Below, piece after piece: positions 10,231-21,518 of a DNA stretch of 64,000 nucleotides (the stretch's first letter is position 1; the number at the start of each line of letters is the position of its first letter). The stretch spans positions 26,228,001-26,292,000 of the forward strand of contig NC_087251.1 of the NCBI RefSeq assembly GCF_037042905.1, in the 5' to 3' direction. The DNA comes from Lytechinus pictus. Lineage: Eukaryota. A program made the position numbers and the translations under genes. The notes under the pieces were generated by a model that worked only from the letters and a program-made list of their open reading frames with translations, did no database searches and was not told the DNA's origin.

Positions 10231-13200
10231 ATTCTCCCGATGTCAAAGTGGATTGTTAGACGCAGCTCGGTGATTTCATACCAAAATAGACATAGAATGG
10301 TATATTAAAAGGCAAATAGTTGCATGAAAAATTACAAAGTTACTTGTATCTTTTCGTGATGAAATGCGTTTATATATCTATTATCATAATTTTTATTATA
10401 TCTAGTATATTAGGTATTTTCTTAACTGCTTAAAGGAAAAGGAGAGTTTCAAAATGTAGTAAGCGTTTTAGATTGATCTTTTTTCATTGTCTGTATTCGT
10501 CTTTTTCTAATCCTTCATAATCTCCTTCTCGATGCAAAAAAAACCTTGGTATTCTGGCAGTTCTACTGGATGGTATTTAACTTACATATTATAGAAACCC
10601 TATATTTTGATTGGCCACTGATCATTTTCACCATGGCGATAACCACCTGTTTTTTTATACAATGCGACCTAGAAGTAGGTGTTTTGATCAAGGTTGGATT
10701 CAATACTTACATAAATTATTTTGGAACACCCCGAGATAATATCAATGATCATTTTTTTGTACAAGAAAGGAGTTTTCACCTGACAAAGGATGCAATATTT
10801 GTCTTTCAAAATCTTTAAAAATAAATCAAGAGTAAACGTAGCTATAACTAATAAAATAAAGAAAAGGATAATGTTGTCATAAACTCATACCAAAAAAAAA
10901 AGCCATGTACTGTGAGTTTTTTGTAAAAATGGTCGCTTTGCCCCGAACGGACTCCGCCTCTGATTACGATCAATAATTTTAATCCGTTAAACAAATTATC
11001 GTTCGGTGTATGTGACGTGACAATCAGAAGTAGATATGAACATGGTGGTGAATGGAATTCTTTTAAAAACAGCTTTTATGTCATGATAGATAAAGTGAGC
11101 AATGTGAGTATTATTCATAGAATCTAATTACCTAATTGATATTAATTAAGTAGGGTAATCTGGGTCCCGTACACAAAAGGTTAGCGATTATCCGGATACG
11201 CTTGACTTTCACGATTAACTATTAGTCAATGTAATCAATCGTTAAAAGTGTTCTATGATTGCTATCCATTTTGTTACGGGCCCCTTTCCCAACCTAGTAT
11301 ACATGTTGTTTTTTCTAGAATATTTGAATACCTGTAAAAAAAAAACAGTGCTCTTAAACTTGTTATGTTATAGTGTTACTGAACCAAGCAAACCTGAAAA
11401 GACATTGAGTTTCCTAAAGTGCCTCAATCTAAAAGATGAGAATATTCATATTTCACAAAACGCGAATTATGGTTTTATATCCTGACTCATCCTGAGGAAC
11501 ATTTCATGAGAAGTTTTGTCAGTGATTTCACTTATATTCATCTGCCGATTCAATTAGATGCAATGGTTCAGTATAGGTGTTAACAATAGTCGGTGAAAAT
11601 CGTTGACTTATAATTGTTTCATAAACTGATCCCATATAGCTAATTAATTGAGCCCTCTCTCTCAAAAAGAAATGTTTTAATCAAACCTAACACTAATTGC
11701 GCACCAAATATTTATGTTTAATCTTAATCGTTTCAATCATGATCATGAGCCATCTGTGTGTCAAATTGTCAATTACTGTCATCAAGTGAAAACAAGGTAG
11801 GCCTATATATACCTGTATATACTGTGTCAGTTTCTTGATTTATAATAACTATAACTATAAATGCATTGAAAATGTCCTTTTTGCATGTTATATTTTGCGT
11901 TATTAGCACGAGTGTGTTAAGCACACTGAATCACTGCAAGAATTACGAGAAATAGGAAATGAAATATTAAATAGTCAATGTATAATCTTTATTTCATATA
12001 CGCTTCGCCTTTTCAAACAGAAATAATGTAAGCATTCTCTCCAAACCTGCAAAAATAATAGTTTTGAATTAAAGTGTTTTCTAATATTAAACATCTAAAA
12101 AAACAAAATTGTATATATATCGTCATCTTCCTTTGTTGCTGTTGTTGTTGTTGTTCATTGGCTTACTAAAGAAAAATGTACGAAAATATATATGGATGTG
12201 AGGGAATATTGCAGAGGAAGAGAAGAGAGAGAGTGAGAGAAAGAAAGAAAGAAAGAAAGAAGTAGAACAAGTCTCAGGTTTTATATGATTAAATGCCCTG
12301 ATTATATAAGGACCCATGATCAATCCCATGTATAGATTTGAAGGCTATTAATTTTGGACGCACTTTATAAAAGTTTGAAAATAATTACTTTTCTGCCAAA
12401 ATGCCAAGGGGTTCGCTCTTGAATTTATTATTTTTTATATAAATGTCTGAAGTTGCGTGGTTAAAAGGTGATCACATTTTTGATAAAAATTATCCCTCGA
12501 TTATCGTGGTTAAGCATATAGGCCTAAGCCTATTTGCTGATTAAAACTTGGATATGATTTCATTAGTATAGAAATTGATTTATGAATATCAAAATTAGTA
12601 AATTCAGATCTTTAAAGTTTTAATATTATTCCACAGTTTGACTCGTCAGTATCCAAATCCCTATATGAAAATGTGTACTTTAAATCTATAAATTCAGAGT
12701 TTAATGGAACATTGTGAGCATAAAGGTTTAAGAACTCAAAGGACACCCCTCCCCTCCCCTACCGATAACCACTCAGAGAAGACAGCATGAACACATTTGT
12801 GCATCCACTGGAGTGCCACGAACACATTTCGTGCAATGGTTATACAGATATTATGCCTATATATTGCATTTTGAGGAGTGCATTACATGCACGAGTGATT
12901 CCATTGTTCAGTTCAGCTTATGGTCAAGAGGTTTAACATTATTGTCACAGGAGTGATTTTTTTTATGAATAAAAGAAATAAATATAGACTGTTTGAAAAA
13001 AAAATGGCACTCGCTGATTACGCCACTAACGCCTCTAAACTAAAAACAGGAAGAAAAAATAATCCCTTACATAATTATGTGTCGGTACTACCCCCCCCCC
13101 CCCCCCACCAACCATTGTCACCGATCATGCCCATTCAATGTGGAAATAACGTACTGTTTAAAGTGAAATTTGAGGCAATCGTTAAAAACATTTATTCAAA

Positions 13201-13429
13201 GTCAATTCCACCCCAGAAAATGTTGATTTGAAATTGAATCAATAAAATAAAAAATCAAACAAGCATAACGCTGAAAATTCATCAAATCTGATGTAAAATG
13301 AGTAACTTACGACGTTTTAAAGTTTCCCTTATTTTTCACAGAACAGTTATTTATTTATTTATTTATTTATTTCAAATATTTAAAGTTATGTGCACAACTC
13401 AGCGATATGCAAATAAAAGAGTTGATATC

Positions 13430-13825
13430 GCCGTGCGCGAGGAGATATGATCGAAATATACAAGTTATTTCACAGGTATGACCAAGAGATAGTGCCAGAT
13501 TTGGGCCAGGTGCATGGGCCTACCAGAGGTCATGATAAGAAATTGTACATTCCGAGGTCAGTAACTGAGAAACGTAAGAATTCTTTTTACATAAGAATGA
13601 GGAAACCTTGGAATAGCCTAAGTAATGAATTAGTAAATGCACCCAGTGTCCACAGCTTCGAGAATGAACTGGATAAGTATTGGAAATGTGAACCTGTGAA
13701 GTACAAGTTTGACGCTGACCCACCAGGACATGATCCGGCCAACCTAAAGAGGAGACAGAATTTGGAACTGAATATAGAGTCTTAGACTGCGTTCAGAAGC
13801 ATCCATAAGTATCCATAAGTAAGTA
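13430..13825 (+). mobile_element. CR1-clade LINE 3' fragment
   Basis: RRARGDMIEIYK...TRGHDKKL...WNSLSNELVNAPSVHSFENELDKYW; 3' tandem tail atccataagt x2. Confidence 0.88.
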
Positions 13826-14421
13826 TAATATCATCCACTTACTATTTATCTTATTGTTTTAATTATATCTTGTCCTATAAGCAAACAACGAATTGAGGAA
13901 ATTTAGCAATTTGTTTGTTTACAACAATTAACATTTTCCCCTTCAACTTAGGTAAAACGAAGTGAATTGTTTCTTGGAAATCACATCTTAATCGAATCTG
14001 TACTAAAATTCCAAGATCTAATCCAAATCCAAATGACATAACGAATAGATCAACCTTATCAAGGTTTAGGTTTTTATGCAGGAAAATTTTGTTTGCCGTT
14101 TACTGATCTTTTGCATGTAACATTTAGTGCTTCCTCCCTTCTGCCCCACCCGGACTGCAACAGTGTTTGATTGAAATCAATTTAAGATTAATTTTTATTA
14201 ATTTTGTAATAATTTGATCTTATCATGTTATACTGTATTTCTTTTTGTTTTATCTCAAATAATGTTTGAATTTGTTATTTATATGTATTCAATACGGTAC
14301 CCTTTTTTTTAATCTTGTTTTCATTTCAGTAATGTTTTTTATTTCAAAAGTGCATTGCATACAGGATGTGCATATAACTGTCCAATGAAATTAAGAGAAA
14401 CTTTAAGATATCATAACTTTC

Positions 14422-14460
14422 CATAGAGATGTATACTAATAACGCATATACATCTCTATG
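14422..14460. mobile_element. 39-bp P-element-like terminal remnant (footprint) with 8-bp TSD
   Basis: taactttc|CATAGAGATGTATA-11 nt-TATACATCTCTATG|taactttc. Confidence 0.75.
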
Positions 14461-14479
14461 TAACTTTCTTAGTTTACAT

Positions 14480-15663
14480 CAACGAACGTAGAGGGCAGCA
14501 ACACACAAGCGTGTTGCTCTAAGGAAGGTCAACTCGATACGCGCATGCAGCTGAGGTACGCGCATATTTTATCATTTATGCCAACGAAATCATACGCCGA
14601 TCCAATACAACAACAAATTAGTAGCGATCACGAAAACAATATGAAAGAATATGACTACAACGATATCAAAGATAACATTAGAAAATTATGTTGGAGAATA
14701 TACATACATTTAAAAACATACGTTGATATTTAAAACTATACAAATATTACAAGTTTTAGAAACTAAATCATTACCAAATCGGTGATTGTTGTTATCAGCG
14801 ATTTCACCAGACGGCTGTATTAGGTGATTTGCGTCGAGACGATTTTGTGACCACTCGCAAAGCATTTCGGGATTGAATATGACCACCTTATTTTCTCTGA
14901 GCTCTTCGCTGAACCCATCATCACAGTGCAGCTGCAGCGCAGCGCGCAGCCAATGCAATGCATCCGATGCATGGGTTTTTTCGCCGTCCATAGTCTCGGA
15001 CTCGAAGTTGAAATTTAGACCCGGATTTCGGGGAAACAGCGCCTTTATTTCAGATTTATAGATTTAAAAGTCGAATGAAATTAAAAATTTGAAATCTAAC
15101 CTTGAACAATAATCGTTGATAAACATCAGCCCTGAAGCAATTGCACTTCAAATCAGACTAGGCAAATTGGACGTCATTGTCTATGTTGCTAGAAGGTCTA
15201 TGACGAGTCGCCTGAAGCCCCAGCGCATCATCAACGTCACTAGCTAGCTGCGCGACCGGCCCAGACTCGGCGCACCCAGGCCAGAAAAATGACCTCGATT
15301 ATTACGGTGGTTTTCTATGCATTTATTAGTGGTGCAGCGAAATTCAGCAGAAGAAAATAAGAGATATGAGGTATCCTCGTCATAGACTTAATATTCCAAA
15401 ATGAGGAAAAATGTCAAAATCATGATTATTTAAGCTAAATATTTTCTTTAAAAATAAAAGTAATATCTTTAATATTTATACTCAAAATAACCGATCTAAT
15501 AATTGTTCATTAAAAAATATTTGAAATTAACAAATGAAAAAAAAATCAACTCGACAAATTTCCCAAAACCCCACCTTATTTTTTAGAGTGGTCACAGAAT
15601 TCGAGCGGAGTTGACCTTCCTTAGAGCAACACGCTTGTGTGTTGCTGCCCTCTACGTTCGTTG
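14480..15663. mobile_element. Non-autonomous DNA transposon with 56-bp perfect TIRs and 8-bp TSD (P- or hAT-type)
   Basis: gtttacat|CAACGAACGTAGAGGGCAGC...GGTCAACTC ... GAGTTGACC...CTACGTTCGTTG|gtttacat. Confidence 0.92.
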
Positions 15664-16009
15664 GTTTACATCCGATTTTGATGGAATTTTCCTGTGTTTT
15701 AATGGATTTTCTGAGGGCGCCCTTTCAAATTGAGAAAGCTAAGATGGTCGACGGCGGCAATCTCAAAATTTGAAAGGAGATTGAAACTAGAGCTGTGTTA
15801 TGTAACATGATATCTCTTCAAGTCTTTTAGATTCCTCTTTTCTGAGCAAAGATGAGTTTAAATATCTCCCACCCTGTCTCCCTTTAGTATTCGCCTGAAA
15901 AGTAGAAGTCTGGGTCATCCCTGCCGCGCCGAAGAAGGTGAGTCACATCACTTTTCCCACCGCCGGCCGATGCCCCAGGCCAAGCCTAGCGCATTTGGCC
16001 GGGTGACCG

Positions 16010-16973
16010 TAGCCTGGAGGCGTCTGGGGAGTGAAAGACTTATACGTACGGTATGGTCACTCCCCTAACGCCTGGCACTGTCCCCTATACTATCCTACAC
16101 ACCGAGGGAAAATGCAACTATAGAAATGCGCGTAACTGCTAGTTATGTTTAGATTCTAGCTTTAAAACTTATGTACATGGGTAAAAATATTGGTTGGCAA
16201 CGTTTGGCAAAAAATAAGTGTTGATGGATTTGAAATGACGAATAAATTAATATGAATAAGAAAAGTAGAAGAGAGTTCACTTACACTTGTTGACATCGCC
16301 ATCTTTGATCCTTTTAATTGCAACCTAGTTACGTGACGCGTATAGAGGGCGGCAAAATCATGAGCGGTGCTAGATTAAAAAGTGCTAAAATGTCCCGCTT
16401 CAACCACTGAACTAGAAATACATAGAGAAAACATATTGCATTTTGCCTTCTACGGCGCGGCGCGTTCTCGAACAATTGACCTAGCAAAATGGCGGCGGTC
16501 ATGTGACTTATCGAGTTCGCCAGCGATGTTTTGCTTGGGTGTACACGGCTTCCACGTATTTCTAGTTCAGTGGTTGAAGCGGGACATTTTAGCACTTTTT
16601 AATCTAGCACCGCTCATGATTTTGCCGCCCTCTATACGCGTCACGTAACTAGGTTGCAATTACAAAGGATCAAAGATGGCGATGTCAACAAGTGTAAGTG
16701 AACTCTCTTCTACTTTTCTTATTCATATTAATTTATTCGTCATTTCAAATCCATCAACACTTATTTTTTGCCAAACGTTGCCAACCAATATTTTTACCCA
16801 TGTACATAAGTTTTAAAGCTAGAATCTAAACATAACTAGCAGTTTGGCGCATTTCTATAGTTGCATTTTCCCTCGGTGTGTAGGATAGTATAGGGGACAG
16901 TGCCAGGCGTTAGGGGAGTGACCATACCGTACGTACAGTATAAGTCTTTCACTCCCCAGACGCCTCCAGGCTA
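16010..16973. mobile_element. Foldback element with ~412-bp TIRs, 134-bp spacer and 8-bp TSD
   Basis: Arms 16010-16421 and 16556-16973 are near-perfect reverse complements; termini TAGCCT...AGGCTA; flanked by GGTGACCG at 16002-16009 and 16974-16981. Confidence 0.9.
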
Positions 16974-17099
16974 GGTGACCGGTGAGCAAACATGCGCTGT
17001 AACTGTAAGTTACACCACAGCCACAGCTTACTGCGGCAGCCCGAACACAGTGTATACCCAGTTGTAACACAGTACGTGTTCGGGCTGCCGCAGTAAACC

Positions 17100-17360
17100 C
17101 AGTTGTTGTGTGTCCGGACAGGTTGTGTGTCCGGACGATCAATTTCAGAAAGTCATTTTGAAAATTTTACAGGCGAAGTTTCATCAATTTTTAGTACAAA
17201 TTGTTAGGAAATATTATTTAGGCCTATAGAGAACAAAATAGAACAATTAGAACATGATTACAATTATTGAATTCATATTTTTAGTGTAGGCCCTAGGCCT
17301 AATCCAAAGACAAAAAAGAATGCTTCAAAAATTATAAAGTGTCCGGACATCCGACCCCCC
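17100..17360. repeat. Interspersed repeat (copy of 9450-9680)
   Basis: Same gtgtccggac-rich sequence with small taggccta insertions. Confidence 0.85.
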
Positions 17361-17938
17361 CATCCTACTGTGTCGAGGTCCCCGGGGCCGGGGCAACACC
17401 ACAGGCACAGCTAACGTTAGATCTACAGCTCTAGTTGCAGGCGCATGAACGCGGGGGGCCGGGGTACTCGACCACAAAAGTGGTAGGTACCGGTATGTGC
17501 GGCGGGCGAGACAAAAAATTAGGGCCCTACCTAATTAGAGCGGGCTAATTGTAAAAAGGACTGAAGGAGGGTCCTCGGAACTACAAATCATTTAAATGTT
17601 TGTGAAAATGGGCTTGGTCTTAGAATGGAACGGGTCGCCTGCACAGAGGCGATGGTCGGACAGCACTCTGCGGGCCAATTTTTTCACCAAAATTAAATGC
17701 AGATCAATGCAGCTGGAACGGCGGGGCAAATAATATGTGAAGCTTTGGAACGGATTTCTTTCTTTTTTCTCGATAAGAATAAAATGCTATGCTTAGCCTT
17801 TGGTTTGGAATTGGAGCGGCTTTCTTTGTTCTTTTAAATTTACTTTCTCCATCTCTTCTATTTCTCCGCATACTTCTTTTTTTCTTCTCTTTCTCTTTCC
17901 TCTTCTCTCTCTTCCTCTTCTTCTTTATCTACTTTTAA

Positions 17939-18873
17939 GGACGTTCCACAGTTAAAGTGAAATCCATGTCATTTTCACCAAACTTTGCACATAGATACTT
18001 TAGAACCTTAATATTCGAAATATGCAAAAATTAACATAGGTCCATGTGCTTGATTTTTTGCTATAGAGCTTCAAAGTTCACCCAAATTGATGTTCTTAAG
18101 AATTGCGCATTCAAAAGAATTTGGCATTTTTAGACCGCCCAAGATTACTACAATGAGTTTAAACCTCCATTACTCATTCAAAATACATGAAAAGGTCATC
18201 AAATTTCGCAAGAGAGTTAATGATTGTATCGTTAAAATGGAGAATCTATTAATAGTGCTATTTGTTTGCAATTTTAAGTTTAACAGCACTGTCAGTTCTT
18301 AAAAATGGCGTAAAAGATAACAAAATCCCAATCTGAAAAATGTAAAATTTCAGTAACAAACTACAAACGTACAATAAATGCTGCACTTTATTCAAAATCC
18401 ATGTCATTTTCACCAAAATTTGCAGAGTTGTAGAGGAAGGTATACCTAAGAGGTACAAACATTAAAAAATAGGGGTTCATGTGCTTGTTTTTAAACTATC
18501 AGCATTTTTATTAGAGCAAATGTGCTTTTTATAACACCAAAAATGGGCCGAATGCTTAGTATCTATGTGAAGAAAAAATCAAAACCACTCTACCATTTAT
18601 TCAAACTCGGGCTAATATTCGTGATTCTTGGCAGCACTGCAGAGTAAAGTATTTTGAAATTGTAGAGAATATTTTTTTTAATGGTCCATGGAATAATTCA
18701 ATTTTTTAGCTTCATGAAATAACGCATCGGATCTGCAGTTAAAGTGCAGAAGATGAGAAAAATCAGCTCATACCCGCAGCTAATTAATACCTGTTCATCC
18801 ATTGTGACGTCAGCGCGCAGAGTGTAAACTATGCGCAGATCATAATGCGCACAAATATAACTGTGGAACGTCC
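17939..18873. mobile_element. Non-autonomous DNA transposon with TTAA TSD (Kolobok-like)
   Basis: ttaa|GGACGTTCCACAGTTA ... TAACTGTGGAACGTCC|ttaa; internal repeated blocks (aaatccatgtcattttcaccaaa at ~17960 and ~18395). Confidence 0.88.
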
Positions 18874-18971
18874 TTAAATTAAAAGTAATGTAAGTTCACG
18901 AGCATTTGCAATAGTACTAGGTTTTGCACGTGAGTGGAGCTTGATGTGGGAGAGTCAATCAAGTCTCTGGT

Positions 18972-20328
18972 CAGTAGAGGCGCACGGCCAATATGGGAGA
19001 CTGTCTCCCATGAGAGAGATTATCTCCAATATCGGAGACTTTTTATAAAGAATTTGGGTATCCAATTTCAGAGACAGTCTCCAGTTTGGGAGACCAATTT
19101 TCTTTGTTTACATTTGCTGCAAAAGGATTATCTTGGCAGCAAATAAAAATGTGATAAGCTACCAGATTCCTCATGAAAAATTACCCCTTTTCACTTGGCG
19201 GTGCTGCACCATCCCGAGTTTGCTCAATCTCGAGATTTTAGCCCGATCGGCCCACTTCGCGATTAATCTGGAGATTCAAGAAACCCCGTCTCCACCATCG
19301 CAAGAAGAGCGATTCCTTCTCGAGCGAGGCAACAAGCCCGATATTCCGAGCATGCGCACTTTCGGATCTTGGAGTTTCAACGGCCGCGCTTTTGAATAAC
19401 TTCCCGCGATATGCAAGCAATGTACTCCTTTTACTAGCATTTTCGCCGAATTCGACCGGTGTTATGCAACAATCCTCTCAGCTCAGCGAGTGAAGAAGTG
19501 ATTTTTTGTTCGTTAAATATGATGGCGGAGTAGGAGGCAACGACAGAGAGAGAGAGAGAGGGAGAGAAGGAGGAAAGAAATGCTATTTGCTCACATTTTG
19601 CGAAGGAATAAGACGACACTGCTGTCAGTGTTGTTATTGAATATGACCATCGTCGATGAGCGCCTCCCCCTTCGGTCTGGTCTCTCCCAAAATCCATTCA
19701 CTGGTGGGACACCATCGTTGCTGATTAGGCAATTGATGAACGCTATTCGCGATAATATCTATTCGCATGTATAAAGTTGACTTTCGCACGTGTTTATGTT
19801 TTGACCAAGGCGGAAGTGGAACGCGAATTGCATTATGGACTGACGTCATGAATAAATTACCCCAAGTCCAATCTCGAGTGCGTCTGCACCTACGAATTAG
19901 CGGGATAATTCGTAAAATAGCGCGCTATTTTGCAAATAAACCCGAGTTGACTTGGGATTGCAATCTCGAGATTAATCCTACGAACTAGCGCGATAATTGC
20001 GTCTCCACTGCAAACTCGAGATTTTTCAGATCGGGATAATTTGCCGGATCAGAAATAGCGCGCTAATTTGAAAACTCGGGATGGTGCAGACGGCCCTATT
20101 GTCTACTTTAAAAATTCACTGTTTACTTTTGTTTTTATAAGGATTTTTGTTGTCATCCACACACAAAACAAATGGGCTTCTGACCTCAGTGGGACAAAAT
20201 TGTGGGTGGAAAAAATCATGCTTTTGTTGGTGTTGTTTCTTTTGTTCTTTTGCAAAGCAAGTCTCCAATATGGGAGAATGTCTCCCTTATTGGAGAGAGT
20301 CTCCCATATTGGCCGTGCGCCTCTACTG
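18972..20328. mobile_element. Non-autonomous DNA transposon with CAGTAGAGGCGCACGGCC TIRs and 5-bp TSD
   Basis: ctggt|CAGTAGAGGCGCACGGCCAATATGGGAGACT ... AGTCTCCCATATTGGCCGTGCGCCTCTACTG|ctggt; subterminal GGAGA/TCTCC repeats. Confidence 0.88.
19197..20096. mobile_element. Nested non-autonomous element, Harbinger-like TIR
   Basis: ctgcaccatcccgagttt (~19204) is the reverse complement of aaactcgggatggtgcagacggccc (~20072-20096); internal ctcgag/cccga repeats. Confidence 0.7.
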
Positions 20329-21518
20329 CTGGTATACCATCATACACGTCATCAAATTCGAGTCAATTCAGAGACCGATGCGAGGCATATTTTTGAGAGG
20401 CATTATAGTGCTTTTTAATTGGCAATTTACACCTTATGTATTATTTTCGTTATTTTCAAATGACCTAATGAAATCCCCACATCATTACCTTTTTATTGAT
20501 ATATAATAAGACCATATTTATAATCAATATATTTCTCCTTTAATGTATTTTTTTTTCAATTCAATATCACCAAGAATTTATCAAAACTTTTATGCTCTCT
20601 CTTCAGTAAATCCAGTGCATGGAATTCAGTGATGCCACTCATTGCCCTGAAATATACTAGTCATATGATATGCATTTATAAAATATCAAAGCATTGATCC
20701 CCCACCCCTAATAATTCAGATTTTGTATGACTTTTATTTTCACTTAAAATTGGAAGTGTATTAAGGACTGGAATGTGTGCAGAGGAGTTGACAAGGACAG
20801 CTTTTACAATCTCACTTGAATACTGAGGGTAGGGGATAGACTGAAATAAATTTCAAGGAGATATTATGCAACACCCCCCCCCCTGCATGCTGCTACCTTC
20901 ACCAAATATATAGTCTTCTTTATCTTCTCTTAAGCCTATGAAAAACGCATAGACACTCACTCTTTCCCATTCTATGGTTAACTAAGTTTCAACATCATTA
21001 AAGTCTCTGCATTCGCTCCACCCCACCCCCCCCCCCCAAAAAAAAATCAAATATGATTTTTAAAAATTGAAAATAGATAAATATTTCGCTTCTTCCGCCA
21101 CCTATGGATGAATTGGCAATTAACTATTTTCATTTGTTGGAAAAACAATTCCATCCTATCCTAGTATGGCAGTGGAATATCAGGACAATCCAGAGCTATT
21201 GATTTTTTTCAATCTCCAATTTTACCTTTTGCTTTCTTGTTTCAAAGATTATCACCACACTTATCCACGTGGCAAGACATCATCGCATTGAATATCGTTT
21301 TTATATCAATAAAAATAACTGAATATATACTGCATAAATTTGATACATTTTTTATACTACTAGGATGTGTTTAAATGACAATAAGAAAATGCCAAGCAGA
21401 ATTGCGCAGATAAAAGTAACACTAATGTGAAATTAGGAGAGTCTTAGATATCACAACTGTATGTCCATAAATAAATCTTATCCATTCAAAACAGTACATC
21501 ACATTTTTTTTTGCTCAG

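Larger units (their letters stand above)
13199..15710. mobile_element. Second copy of the TTAA MITE family, split by three nested insertions
   Basis: Left arm gtcaattccaccccagaaaatgttgatttg matches 2168ff; the right arm resumes as tttacatccgattttgatg at 15665, matching ~2655ff. Confidence 0.75.

Noticed and set aside
16329..16648. Two mirror-image 88-aa ORFs
   Set aside because: Artefact of the palindrome; no recognisable domain, non-ATG starts
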